This document shows positions 20,574 to 29,383 of a DNA stretch of 64,000 bases, piece after piece. Under the pieces are notes generated by a model. The model saw only the letters and a program-made list of their open reading frames with translations. It had not been told where the DNA came from and ran no database searches. Source of the stretch: Bacillota bacterium (GTDB lineage: Bacteria; Bacillota; Clostridia; Acetivibrionales; DTU013); NCBI GenBank assembly GCA_023399355.1, contig JAEWQC010000276.1, forward strand, positions 1,714-65,713, given 5' to 3'. The position numbers were made by a program, and so were the translations under genes. Positions within the stretch are counted from its first letter, which is position 1; every line of letters starts with the position of its first letter.

Positions 20574-21704
20574 TTGATGAAGCTCGAGATTAGAAAAGTG
20601 GTTTCTAAAGCGGAAATGAAACAGTTTCTGACACTGCCATGGAAAATATACAAAAATGATAAGAATTGGGTTCCTCCAATGATCAATGACATGAAAGCTT
20701 CTTTGGATCCACATCGCAACCCTGCTCTGCAGAAGATAGAACACGAGATGTTTCTTGCACTGTCCGACGGAAAGCCGGTCGGTAGAATCTATGCCGGTAT
20801 GGACATGAATCTGAACCGCAAAAAAAATATGAATATGGCATTTTTTTCGCAATTTGAATGCATTAATGACTTCGATGCCGCCAAGCTTCTTTTTGATACG
20901 GCTTTCGGCTGGGCAAGACAAAACGGCGCGGATTTTGTCTCCGGTCCCACAGCTATAACAGGCACAGATGGCGACGAAAACAAAGGCCTGCTGATCAATT
21001 GCTTCGACAGGCCGCCGGTCCTCATGAATTCATACAACCCTTCCTATTATATGGACTTGATGACGAAATACGGTTTTGCAAAAGATTATGACGTTTTCGC
21101 CTATTACCTGAGTCCGGAAAACATGTTTAAGAAAGATCCTACAAAAGTTATTGATTATGCGCAGAAGCGCTATGGCTTCAGAGTCGATCCAATCAATATC
21201 AGGGATATGGGAAATGAAATCAAAGCGCTTAAACACGTAATGGATAAAGCCATGCCCGAAGAATGGCCCGACCTTGTTCCGCCAACCCTTGAAGAGGTCG
21301 GTGAAATGGCTGAAAAGCTCATTGGAATGGCCGACCCGGATCTGGTACCCATCGCCCGCTGCGGCGACGAAGCAATCGGTTTTGGAATCGCACTGCCGGA
21401 TTACAATCAGGTGCTCCTCCATCTCAACGGAAGAATCACACCACTCTCCGCCCTTAAATACATCTGGTACAAGCGCAGGATAAAAAGCGCAAGAATGTTT
21501 GCAATGTTTGTCGTTCCTGAATTCAGAAACAAGGGCGTATCCTTTGCCATCTATCATTTTACGTTCAACAACGGCCTGAAAAAAGGCTACACCTGGGGCG
21601 AGGGTTCCACGATCGGAGAGACGAACCTCAGGATGCGAGCGGATATAGAAGGCACCGGCGCGATCCATTACAAAACTTACAGGATCTATAAAAAGGAGCT
21701 CTGA
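20574..21704 (+). CDS. GNAT-family N-acetyltransferase-like protein
   Basis: 376 aa. The C-terminal block MFAMFVVPEFRNKGVSFAIYHF resembles the GNAT acetyl-CoA-binding motif A. The probable start is the ATG at 20577. Confidence 0.55.
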   Translation: MMKLEIRKVVSKAEMKQFLTLPWKIYKNDKNWVPPMINDMKASLDPHRNPALQKIEHEMFLALSDGKPVGRIYAGMDMNLNRKKNMNMAFFSQFECINDFDAAKLLFDTAFGWARQNGADFVSGPTAITGTDGDENKGLLINCFDRPPVLMNSYNPSYYMDLMTKYGFAKDYDVFAYYLSPENMFKKDPTKVIDYAQKRYGFRVDPINIRDMGNEIKALKHVMDKAMPEEWPDLVPPTLEEVGEMAEKLIGMADPDLVPIARCGDEAIGFGIALPDYNQVLLHLNGRITPLSALKYIWYKRRIKSARMFAMFVVPEFRNKGVSFAIYHFTFNNGLKKGYTWGEGSTIGETNLRMRADIEGTGAIHYKTYRIYKKEL

Positions 21705-21763
21705 TAAAGAGCTCCCGTTGCGGCTTTCGTTTGGAGAAGCAAACCCCTGCTTTGCTCACAGCC

Positions 21764-24004
21764 CTATTCATTAAGAGAAGTAGCTGCTTTATTCTGAATA
21801 GCCTTCGCAGTCTCCTCGGCGGACTTTTTCCCAGAAAAGAAATCATTGACCTCCGCAGAAACAATTTTGCCGATCTTCCCATCATCATATTGATATTCGC
21901 CAACATCGGATAATAATCTATTAATGGAATCAATATCCGTCTGCGGCATTGATAATGTATCAACGCTGAATTTCGCACTTACCTTAAGAGCTTCATTATT
22001 AATCGGAAAGCCGTTCTGCAATTCCGGGGAAGACTGCATTTTCTTTGATAGCAGTACTTTCATGAATTCCCAGGATTCCTCCTGAAATTTGGAGTTCCTG
22101 TTTATTGCAAACATATTACCGAGATCAAATTTGATTTTCCGGGATCCGGCTGCATTGTCCAAAGGCATGCGAAACACATACACATCTCCGGAGAATACCG
22201 ATTCCTTGAAGTATTTGGTCATAGCATAACTGGAAGAACCGGCAATGTTGAACACAATGCCTCCTCTGGACGACATATCTGCAATTTGCTGCCAGTCATC
22301 CGCCTTAAAGAATAATTTCTTATCATTGAAGTCTTTGCATGTATGAAGCAAACTGATAAAATCCTTATTGTCAAAGCTGGCTGTTTTTTTATCCAAATCG
22401 ACGTATTTGCTGATGGTGCTGTCGAACAAATAGGAAAATATCCCGTCTCCTCTTCCAGCCATCGCATATTGATCAATTGTACCATCGTTATTTGTATCCT
22501 TTGTGACTTTCTGCGCTATTTGGATAAAATCCTCCCAGGTCCAGTTCGTGTCATCTATTTTGATTTTATCTTTGTCCAGAATTGATTTATTGGCAATCAG
22601 CATTTCGAACTGGTAGTTAATAGGAATTGCATACAATCCGCCTTTATATTTTAGGGCGTCAAGGATATTGGTGTTCAGTTCCGCTTTGTTGAATCCGGTA
22701 TCCTTCTCCATCAGATCACTGAGATTTGCAAACACTTTCTTATCTATATATTTTCGATACGGCAGCCCTGCAAAATAGACGATGTCGGGCCCCTTGCCCG
22801 TCATCAGCTCGGTATTGAGTGTCTTGACAAATTCTTCTTCTCTTTTCCGTGCTTCTTCAACAGTGTCTCCGCCTCCATAATAAGCCGCCTTATAATCCTT
22901 TACATTAATTTCGATATCCGGGTGTTCGCTCTGGAATGCAGAGACTGCCGACTCCAGCCACCTGTCAGAGAAATGTGCAGCCAGGGTAATTACCTTTTTT
23001 TCTGCAGGCTTCGTCTGAGTGGTTACGGAACTATCCGTCCGGGATTTTCCGTCTACGGTTTCGAACTTTTTAACTTTTACAGTGTTCTCATCACAAATCA
23101 GGAAATACAGGCTCCCGGATGACTCCACACCCAACCCGTTGATATAAGTTCTGTCCTTTATCAGGTTGTACTTCATAAATTCCAATATCGTACCGAGTAA
23201 ATTACCATTGGCGTCATACTTGTCCACACCTTTGTCAGTAACCGCATAAATGCATTTATCCAGTCTGTTATAGCATATTGAATGTATGTAAATACCAACA
23301 TCCAGTTCTTTCTTCCATATTGCCTTCCCTGTTTTTGAATCCATGCATGCAATAAAAGATTTTACACCGTCAGTGCCTGTTGATCCGGCAATAATATGAT
23401 CCTTTTCATCGATATCGAGAAACCCGTATACCCCGGAGATAGGATTTTTTAATGCTTTTCCGTTTTCATCAATCAGTTCAGGACTCTCATTATTCTTGAC
23501 AAGATAGATCTTCCCTTCGGAATCAATCGACATATCCTGAATATATATATTTTCGTCCTTTTGCATGACGACCTTTCCCAGTTCAATGCTCTTCAGTTTT
23601 TCGCCTTTGGAATTGTAAACCAGCAATTGTCTGGTGTTTTCGGTTACTTTATAGGTTTTTTCGTCTGAAACGATCTCTTGAACAAGTATCCAGAGATTAT
23701 CGTCTGAATCCATTGCAAACACCTGTCCGTTGCCACTAAAGCCGCATTTTATTTCATTTACAGCCTTGCCGTCGGCATCAACAACAATGTATTTGTTTGT
23801 TCCGTCGCCGCTATCATACAGGACCAACTGGTTTTTCGAATTCATTTTAATACTGTTGATGGATTTCAGCCCAAGACTCTCCGAGATATCTTTAACAATA
23901 TAATCCGGCGCTGCGGCATTCGCAGTTTTAGCAGTGTTATCCGTACAAGCTGATTGGCTGAATAATAATATTGCGATGATTAAACATAAGAATACTCTTC
24001 TCAT
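21764..24004 (-). CDS. Lipoprotein: N-terminal repeat (beta-propeller-like) domain fused to a family-1 extracellular solute-binding domain
   Basis: 746 aa. Lipobox LFSQSACTD. The first ~330 aa contain repeated strand-like units (YIVVDADGK, IYLVKNNE, IYAVTDKG, LYFLICDE). The C-terminal ~400 aa look like a sugar SBP. No adjacent permease genes. Confidence 0.55.
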   Translation of the reverse strand: MRRVFLCLIIAILLFSQSACTDNTAKTANAAAPDYIVKDISESLGLKSINSIKMNSKNQLVLYDSGDGTNKYIVVDADGKAVNEIKCGFSGNGQVFAMDSDDNLWILVQEIVSDEKTYKVTENTRQLLVYNSKGEKLKSIELGKVVMQKDENIYIQDMSIDSEGKIYLVKNNESPELIDENGKALKNPISGVYGFLDIDEKDHIIAGSTGTDGVKSFIACMDSKTGKAIWKKELDVGIYIHSICYNRLDKCIYAVTDKGVDKYDANGNLLGTILEFMKYNLIKDRTYINGLGVESSGSLYFLICDENTVKVKKFETVDGKSRTDSSVTTQTKPAEKKVITLAAHFSDRWLESAVSAFQSEHPDIEINVKDYKAAYYGGGDTVEEARKREEEFVKTLNTELMTGKGPDIVYFAGLPYRKYIDKKVFANLSDLMEKDTGFNKAELNTNILDALKYKGGLYAIPINYQFEMLIANKSILDKDKIKIDDTNWTWEDFIQIAQKVTKDTNNDGTIDQYAMAGRGDGIFSYLFDSTISKYVDLDKKTASFDNKDFISLLHTCKDFNDKKLFFKADDWQQIADMSSRGGIVFNIAGSSSYAMTKYFKESVFSGDVYVFRMPLDNAAGSRKIKFDLGNMFAINRNSKFQEESWEFMKVLLSKKMQSSPELQNGFPINNEALKVSAKFSVDTLSMPQTDIDSINRLLSDVGEYQYDDGKIGKIVSAEVNDFFSGKKSAEETAKAIQNKAATSLNE

Positions 24005-24251
24005 TATCCGGACCTACCTTTCATTAATCAAATCAGGTGACAGGAACATTAACCGTAATCGATGCATGTATCTCGGCCCATGCTTTCATATAGAGCAAAT
24101 ATACAATACAATCATATAATATTTGGGTTGGAATTAAAAGAGAGATATAATAAACTTAAAAGGCTCCCGTTAAGGAAACCCTGTATAGTTAAAAGTAAAC
24201 CTTCTAAATACCATTCAAAAATAAAATTTCCGGAATCAAATGGTAATCCGT

Positions 24252-24287
24252 AAAAAAATCCTCAGAACCACAACGATTCTAAGGATT
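24252..24287 (-). terminator. Intrinsic terminator belonging to a tRNA remnant
   Basis: Minus strand: AAUCCUUAGAA-UCGUUGUGG-UUCUGAGGAUU followed by UUUUUUU. Homologous in sequence and position to the hairpin at 32402-32436. Confidence 0.6.
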
Positions 24288-24295
24288 CGACTTTC

Positions 24296-24362
24296 TGGAA
24301 CCGGTGAGGGGAATTGAACCTCCAACCACCGGTTGATGGAGGTACAGTCGGCATTCCCAACC
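24296..24362 (-). pseudogene. Degenerate tRNA 3' remnant
   Basis: Minus strand ends ...GGAGGUUCAAUUCCCCUCACCGGUUCCA (T-arm-like, CCA end). About 75 percent identical over 40 nt to the tRNA-Thr-like repeat at 32441/34125. No pairing 5' acceptor strand and no clean D or anticodon arm. Confidence 0.5.
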
Positions 24363-24528
24363 AGAGCAGAGGCAGAAGATTTCACTGCTTTTGAATACAT
24401 AGCCAGAGCAAAGGCAGAAGATTTCTCTGCCTTTGCGTACATAACCAGAGCAAAGACAGAAGGTTTCCCAGCGTTTGAATACATAGCCAGAGCAAAGGCA
24501 GAAGATTTCTCTGCCTTTGCGTACATAA
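24361..24528. repeat. Four tandem 42-bp repeats, each built around a hairpin
   Basis: Units at 24361, 24403, 24445 and 24487. Units 2 and 4 are identical (CCAGAGCAAAGGCAGAAGATTTCTCTGCCTTTGCGTACATAA) and contain a perfect 11-bp stem GCAAAGGCAGA/TCTGCCTTTGC with a 7-nt loop. Units 1 and 3 are diverged copies, so the array can also be read as 84 bp x 2. Confidence 0.9.
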
Positions 24529-24610
24529 CATTGTACTATTAACCGATAGCCATACTCCCTCCCCGAAGCGGCAAGATGTCACAAAGTGCGAGAGTGTATC
24601 ACCCCTTAAC

Positions 24611-27154
24611 TCATACAAACCAAATCGGTGCGGTAATTGCGGCATAATCCGTATACTGTTCTGTTTTTACTACAATAAACATATATTTTGCCTGTTTGAT
24701 TTCATCACTGTCCAGGATAAAATTATTTTTATTCCAGCTGTTCTCCTGTTCCGCAACTGAAATAACAGTGTTGTCGGTATGGAGCTCAACTGCAGTTATC
24801 ATACCGTTGCATTCAGCAAATGTGAGATCAAGATAATAGCAATCATCCTTCTCCAAATCACTACCCATAACGGCGGTTGTGCCGCCTGTGTTAGTAAGGC
24901 TGAAGGCTATGCCGAAATCGTGATATCTTATGGCATATACCCTGCGCTGTTTAACAGCTGCCAGAACACAGTCTTTTGAGGATGCTTCAGCCGCAACGAC
25001 AGTCCTGATATCAAAATAACTGTTCCGCAACACACAGAAGCAGTCATGGTTGTCGCTGGTGGCTGTAGGCGCTACCTTCCAGCCGTTGGCCAGAGCCAGT
25101 TCATATGAATCCACCCAGGTTTTTGTACTGCTTCCATCCGCCGATTTGGAAAACACCTCGATAAGCTTAAAGGGTGTCCTGTCATATTCTGCTCCTGCTG
25201 CCTCCGTGAAATAATTAAACCCGTTTCCCGATCCGGGATGATTGAATTGAATAACAAGATCCGGATTATTGCCATATTCCTTTGCCGCCCACCGGTAAAA
25301 GTCCTCTCTGGTATCGGGAGTATTGGCCCATCCGTCGGGCTGCCCATAATATATCTGGTCGGTTCCGAACACATTGTAATGAGCAGTCGTATCGGCGGGA
25401 TCGTCAGTATGGTCCGCCTCAAGCATGGCTACACCACCCAGACTGTATTCGTAACCGGCAAAGGATGAAAAATTCAAATTATGTTCATATTTGTCGGCAT
25501 AATTTTTAGTGTCCTCCCATTGATCCCGGGAAAGAGCGTACTTCTTACCCACAACCTTTGGGCTGCCATCCGTATATCTGTCGCTACCGTCGGCCCACTT
25601 TCCGAAAACATGGTCTGAGATACCATCGAAATCATATCCCAAGGCCTGATAAATACTGAAGGTATCAGACGGATCATAGATGTACCTGTTCAGAGGTATG
25701 CCGATACTGTCGGTTTCCCCTCCCCAAAATGCATCACTCCAGAGGGTATGGTTGTGCAGGTCGCCCTTCAGGAATATTAGCCCGTCGTAACCCCTGACGC
25801 CGGAAGCGCTGTGATGTGGCGTATAGCTGCTGATCGTTATTGAACTCGTCGTATCATTGAACAAGTGTTCATCCAACGTTTTGTGAGAAGACTTTACGTT
25901 TAAATCAAAGAAGCCGGGACCGTAAATAGTCATAGAATCGCCGGAATTGGAGGCATCCTTAAATAATTCGGCCTTTAAATTCCCTGTAATGATAACTGTT
26001 GAAAGCTCATCATTTCCAACACTGCCCATCCTGCCGCAAACATTATTTGAATACCAGCTGTTATAATCGGACTTTCCCGGATCCGTACGCATGACATATT
26101 CTCCGGTATAGCCGCCATTGTTGAAAAGATATACGGCAGGAAAATCGAGATCAATTACCCGGATTGAGGAAATATTTGCAGTACCGGATAAGGTAAAACT
26201 CTGATCATTATTCCGGGCGACCAGTATCCGGCTGTTACCCGTATAATCCGTATCCTCGAATAAATGCACTATATAGCCGGCTTTGACCGTAATTGAAGTG
26301 ATGCTGTCATCCAGATCATACCTGCTGAGCTTGGGAACACTTGTCGTAAGGTTCTCAGCAGTGCTGCTGCTTTCAACTCTGACTGCATAGCAGCCGTCCG
26401 CCACCAGGATGGAAAGGCCGGCGTTATTGACGCGCGTAATGTCACATGGGCCTTTATATTTTTTTGAATCTCCCGTACAATCGGGTGAATCGAATACTTC
26501 CACCGAATAACCCGGATTTACCTTAAAAGACAAAAAACCGTCCGTAAAGTCCGAATAGCCTGCAGCATTGAACGAACCTTTACTAAGCTGTATGGAACTA
26601 CCTTTATAATTCATTTTGGAATATACATATACTCCAAATTCATAATGCACCGAAACAGAAGAAAATTTGTCATTCCAGCTATCGCCTACATCGGATGTTT
26701 TAGCTTGGTATGTATGGCTGTCCCCGCTAAAGTCGTAATCGGTGTAGAATGTGAGGTCGTAGCCTGGCATGACCCAAATTGAACTTATTTTATCATTATA
26801 AAAGCCGGTATTTTTGAAGCTGTCGATATCGCCGTCTACTACCATCGAACTGCCCGAATAGCCGGGATCCGTGTAAATTATGGCTGCGCAGCGTGTATAG
26901 GTCCTTATGGAAGACATCCCGTAATTCCATTCATCGGAAAGGTTATTGTAGGTCCCGGCCTCAAATACCTTTCTGTTCCCGCCGAAATCGCTATCCTGAA
27001 ATACAACTGCATAGCAGCCCTCTGCAACCACCATCGACTTAACATTATCATTAATGCCTGCACTGCTTAAATGTGAATAATTCTCGCCGGTTGTTATTGT
27101 CACCGACTTACCACTTAGATTTACCTCCGGGTATAGTTTTACTGCCGTACTCAT
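24611..27154 (-). CDS. Beta/gamma-crystallin-like Greek-key repeat protein fused to a C-terminal PHP-domain metallohydrolase (CehA/McbA-like)
   Basis: Start set at the ATG at 27154 (MSTAVKLYPE...) with GGAGAG RBS. The N-terminal ~470 aa carry about 8-9 units of the type (Y/F)xDxx(Y/F)xGxS...(D/N)xxSS(I/V). The C-terminal part has PHP-like metal motifs GDLHNHTLWSD, QFNHPGSG and TATSDNHD. No signal peptide seen. Confidence 0.6.
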   Translation of the reverse strand: MSTAVKLYPEVNLSGKSVTITTGENYSHLSSAGINDNVKSMVVAEGCYAVVFQDSDFGGNRKVFEAGTYNNLSDEWNYGMSSIRTYTRCAAIIYTDPGYSGSSMVVDGDIDSFKNTGFYNDKISSIWVMPGYDLTFYTDYDFSGDSHTYQAKTSDVGDSWNDKFSSVSVHYEFGVYVYSKMNYKGSSIQLSKGSFNAAGYSDFTDGFLSFKVNPGYSVEVFDSPDCTGDSKKYKGPCDITRVNNAGLSILVADGCYAVRVESSSTAENLTTSVPKLSRYDLDDSITSITVKAGYIVHLFEDTDYTGNSRILVARNNDQSFTLSGTANISSIRVIDLDFPAVYLFNNGGYTGEYVMRTDPGKSDYNSWYSNNVCGRMGSVGNDELSTVIITGNLKAELFKDASNSGDSMTIYGPGFFDLNVKSSHKTLDEHLFNDTTSSITISSYTPHHSASGVRGYDGLIFLKGDLHNHTLWSDAFWGGETDSIGIPLNRYIYDPSDTFSIYQALGYDFDGISDHVFGKWADGSDRYTDGSPKVVGKKYALSRDQWEDTKNYADKYEHNLNFSSFAGYEYSLGGVAMLEADHTDDPADTTAHYNVFGTDQIYYGQPDGWANTPDTREDFYRWAAKEYGNNPDLVIQFNHPGSGNGFNYFTEAAGAEYDRTPFKLIEVFSKSADGSSTKTWVDSYELALANGWKVAPTATSDNHDCFCVLRNSYFDIRTVVAAEASSKDCVLAAVKQRRVYAIRYHDFGIAFSLTNTGGTTAVMGSDLEKDDCYYLDLTFAECNGMITAVELHTDNTVISVAEQENSWNKNNFILDSDEIKQAKYMFIVVKTEQYTDYAAITAPIWFV

Positions 27155-27448
27155 AAAATCCTCTCCTTTATTGTTTACTGAATATCGATATCTTTTCCTG
27201 CAGACTTTTACCACCAGTCCTCGTATCAAATCAGCAAAGAATCATTGATAAACTCTATATTTATATTTGGGAGCGGATATTTTATGCTATATGTGAAAAA
27301 AAAGGGGTTGTGCGTAAAGGTGACTTCTTTTGTCCTTCGGGTCACGGTTGAAGTTGGAGAAATATGCCAGTCTTAATGAAAAGCATATATAATTTTAAGC
27401 TATGGTTAAGCTACTAAACCGAAGGATGGCGCTTGAACCATACAAAAA

Positions 27449-28138
27449 TTGTGTGAATTAATTGAAAAGCTGGAAGACCAACGCAGCAAAAAAGTTATGT
27501 TCATTTCTCACTGCTTGTTAAATACCAATACCAGATATTTGGTCGGAGCTTTCAGGCGTGGTTCTGTAGAGGAAATAATCTATGATGTATTGAAGGAAGG
27601 AGTGGGTATAGTACAGATGAAATGCCCTGAACAATGGGCATGGGGTGGAGTATTGAGAAAAATCCTTTTGATTGTATTTGATGCAAAATGGACTTTTCCC
27701 CGCGATATTAAACCTCTATTAATTAAGCTGTTTATAGCCTATACTCGAATAACTTATAAAAAATTGGCAAACGAGACCTTCAAAATGATATGTGATCACA
27801 TTAAATCCGGGTACAAAATAATGGGGATTATAGGCGTAGATGGATCGTCTTCTTGTGGAGTAACAACAATATTGGATATCAGGAAGGTATTTGATTATTT
27901 TGTCTGTCAAGATATAAAAACATTGAATAAAGATGAATTTAATAGAGAGCTTTATGAAAATTGTACAGCTACTGGAAGGGGTATATTGTGTCCGGATCTT
28001 TTTACTAAGCCATTCTTCAAACATCACGAGGCTTCCTTTATCTTTGCCCGATTCATCCTTGCGGTCAATACTTCGTCTATGGATACTAATAATATTCTTT
28101 TCGGCATCAGATTGAAGTGCTGTCAGGGATTTTATTGA
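27449..28138 (+). CDS. DUF523/TudS-related protein (putative), GTG start, atypical C-terminus
   Basis: 229 aa. Blocks VMFISHCLLNTNTRY and GIVQMKCPEQWAWGG resemble TudS-like Cys-rich proteins. The last ~45 aa look non-homologous, so a 3' rearrangement is possible. Confidence 0.3.
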   Translation: MCELIEKLEDQRSKKVMFISHCLLNTNTRYLVGAFRRGSVEEIIYDVLKEGVGIVQMKCPEQWAWGGVLRKILLIVFDAKWTFPRDIKPLLIKLFIAYTRITYKKLANETFKMICDHIKSGYKIMGIIGVDGSSSCGVTTILDIRKVFDYFVCQDIKTLNKDEFNRELYENCTATGRGILCPDLFTKPFFKHHEASFIFARFILAVNTSSMDTNNILFGIRLKCCQGFY

Positions 28139-28186
28139 AATGAGAGCGGAGAAAAAAAGATTCCTCCTCTTTTTGCAGCTTAAAAT

Positions 28187-29368
28187 TTAATCTTTGGGAT
28201 AAGCCGGTTGACTGACTCCTATTGCATCGTTTATATCCAGGTTTGGAACCGAGAAATTATCCAGAAGTATGAAGTATTTCACCAATGCCAGGTATTTTCT
28301 GTTACTCCGATCCCTCGAATTCTCTTTGAGATTGTTTTCGTATTTTTCGTATTCGGAGTCGATTTTATTCATAAGATTTTTGTCATTCTTCGCTTGTTCA
28401 TAAATAAAATTCTCGAACCTCCTTTTTAGGTAATACATCAGCCTTTTACCAGCAAGCTTATTACCGTTTAATTCAAGATAACTTTTATAATTTGGCTTCA
28501 CTTGTGACACGTCAAACTTGCACAGTTTTGCCCAGATCAAAGCCTCGAACTGGTACATGAATTTTTCAATAACAGCCTCGGAGTCATAGCTTTGTAATGA
28601 AAGCTTATTGAAATCATACATGATTACGTCCTTATAAATTTGATATTCCTCACAAGTAAGATCTTCGAAGCGTAAAACGAATTCAAGCGCAAAGGTATCA
28701 TTGTTTATCGCCTCACGGAAGCCCGACACATACCCCTGTACAGATTTCAGCAGGCTGACGCCGGGCGAATTGGTTGCCTCCGACAGGTTTATACCGCCAA
28801 AGTATTCCTTATCCCTCAATTCTGTTCTCAGCATATTGGCTGCTTTTCCGGCTGCTACAGTATTCTCGGTATTAAAATCTCCATTCATAAGCTTTTTGCA
28901 ATACTGTCGATATTTTAAATACTCACTCATTTCACCGATTGCCAACTTTTCCTCATTGATTAACTCCCTAAATTCTTTCAAATTACTTTTTGTTGAAGGA
29001 CTGACGTTTTTATTCAACTTTATCAGACCTGCAATACTGTTTCTTTTAGCCTGGCCAGGAATTATAAGCTCAGTAAGCATTCTGCTTCTCAAAAATGAGG
29101 ACAAGACTGCTTTTGTTGCCAGTCGTACAAGCTGTCCTGCCAGAGATGATTCAAGGATAAAGCAAATGAAAAGGTCTACGATCAGATTGCTTGTATTAGT
29201 TTCCGGACCGTCTTCAAGCAATTCGATTCTTTTGTCCTGAACTTGCTCCGCGGCTAAAACAACTGCATCAAGAATGTCCTGCAGACGCTGCAGCTTAATT
29301 TGTGTTGCATATTTCAAGTAAAATATCAGCTCTTCCCGTTCAAGTGTACTGGGTTTATCACTCATCAA
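28187..29368 (-). CDS. Hypothetical protein, second gene of a two-gene operon
   Basis: 393 aa, largely helical-looking and Lys/Glu-rich. No motif recognised by eye. Its start lies 15 nt after the stop of the 902-aa gene. Confidence 0.6.
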   Translation of the reverse strand: MMSDKPSTLEREELIFYLKYATQIKLQRLQDILDAVVLAAEQVQDKRIELLEDGPETNTSNLIVDLFICFILESSLAGQLVRLATKAVLSSFLRSRMLTELIIPGQAKRNSIAGLIKLNKNVSPSTKSNLKEFRELINEEKLAIGEMSEYLKYRQYCKKLMNGDFNTENTVAAGKAANMLRTELRDKEYFGGINLSEATNSPGVSLLKSVQGYVSGFREAINNDTFALEFVLRFEDLTCEEYQIYKDVIMYDFNKLSLQSYDSEAVIEKFMYQFEALIWAKLCKFDVSQVKPNYKSYLELNGNKLAGKRLMYYLKRRFENFIYEQAKNDKNLMNKIDSEYEKYENNLKENSRDRSNRKYLALVKYFILLDNFSVPNLDINDAIGVSQPAYPKD

Positions 29369-29383
29369 TGCATACCCCGCTTC

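Noticed and set aside
20447-21668. Minus-strand ORFs 20447-20719, 20571-20921 and 21030-21668 overlapping the GNAT-like gene
   Set aside because: They are shadow ORFs opposite a plus-strand gene that has a good promoter, RBS and GNAT motif. No independent support exists.
24361-24528. Possible CRISPR array
   Set aside because: The 42-bp units are directly adjacent with no unique spacers between them, and no cas genes are in the window.
24236-24645. Three track ORFs (24236-24526, 24333-24542, 24382-24645) with periodic peptide sequence (e.g. MYAKAEKSSAFALAMYS...)
   Set aside because: The periodicity is a direct consequence of translating the 42-bp tandem DNA repeat in several frames. There is no RBS, the ORFs overlap each other and the tRNA remnant, and there is no coding signal outside the repeat.
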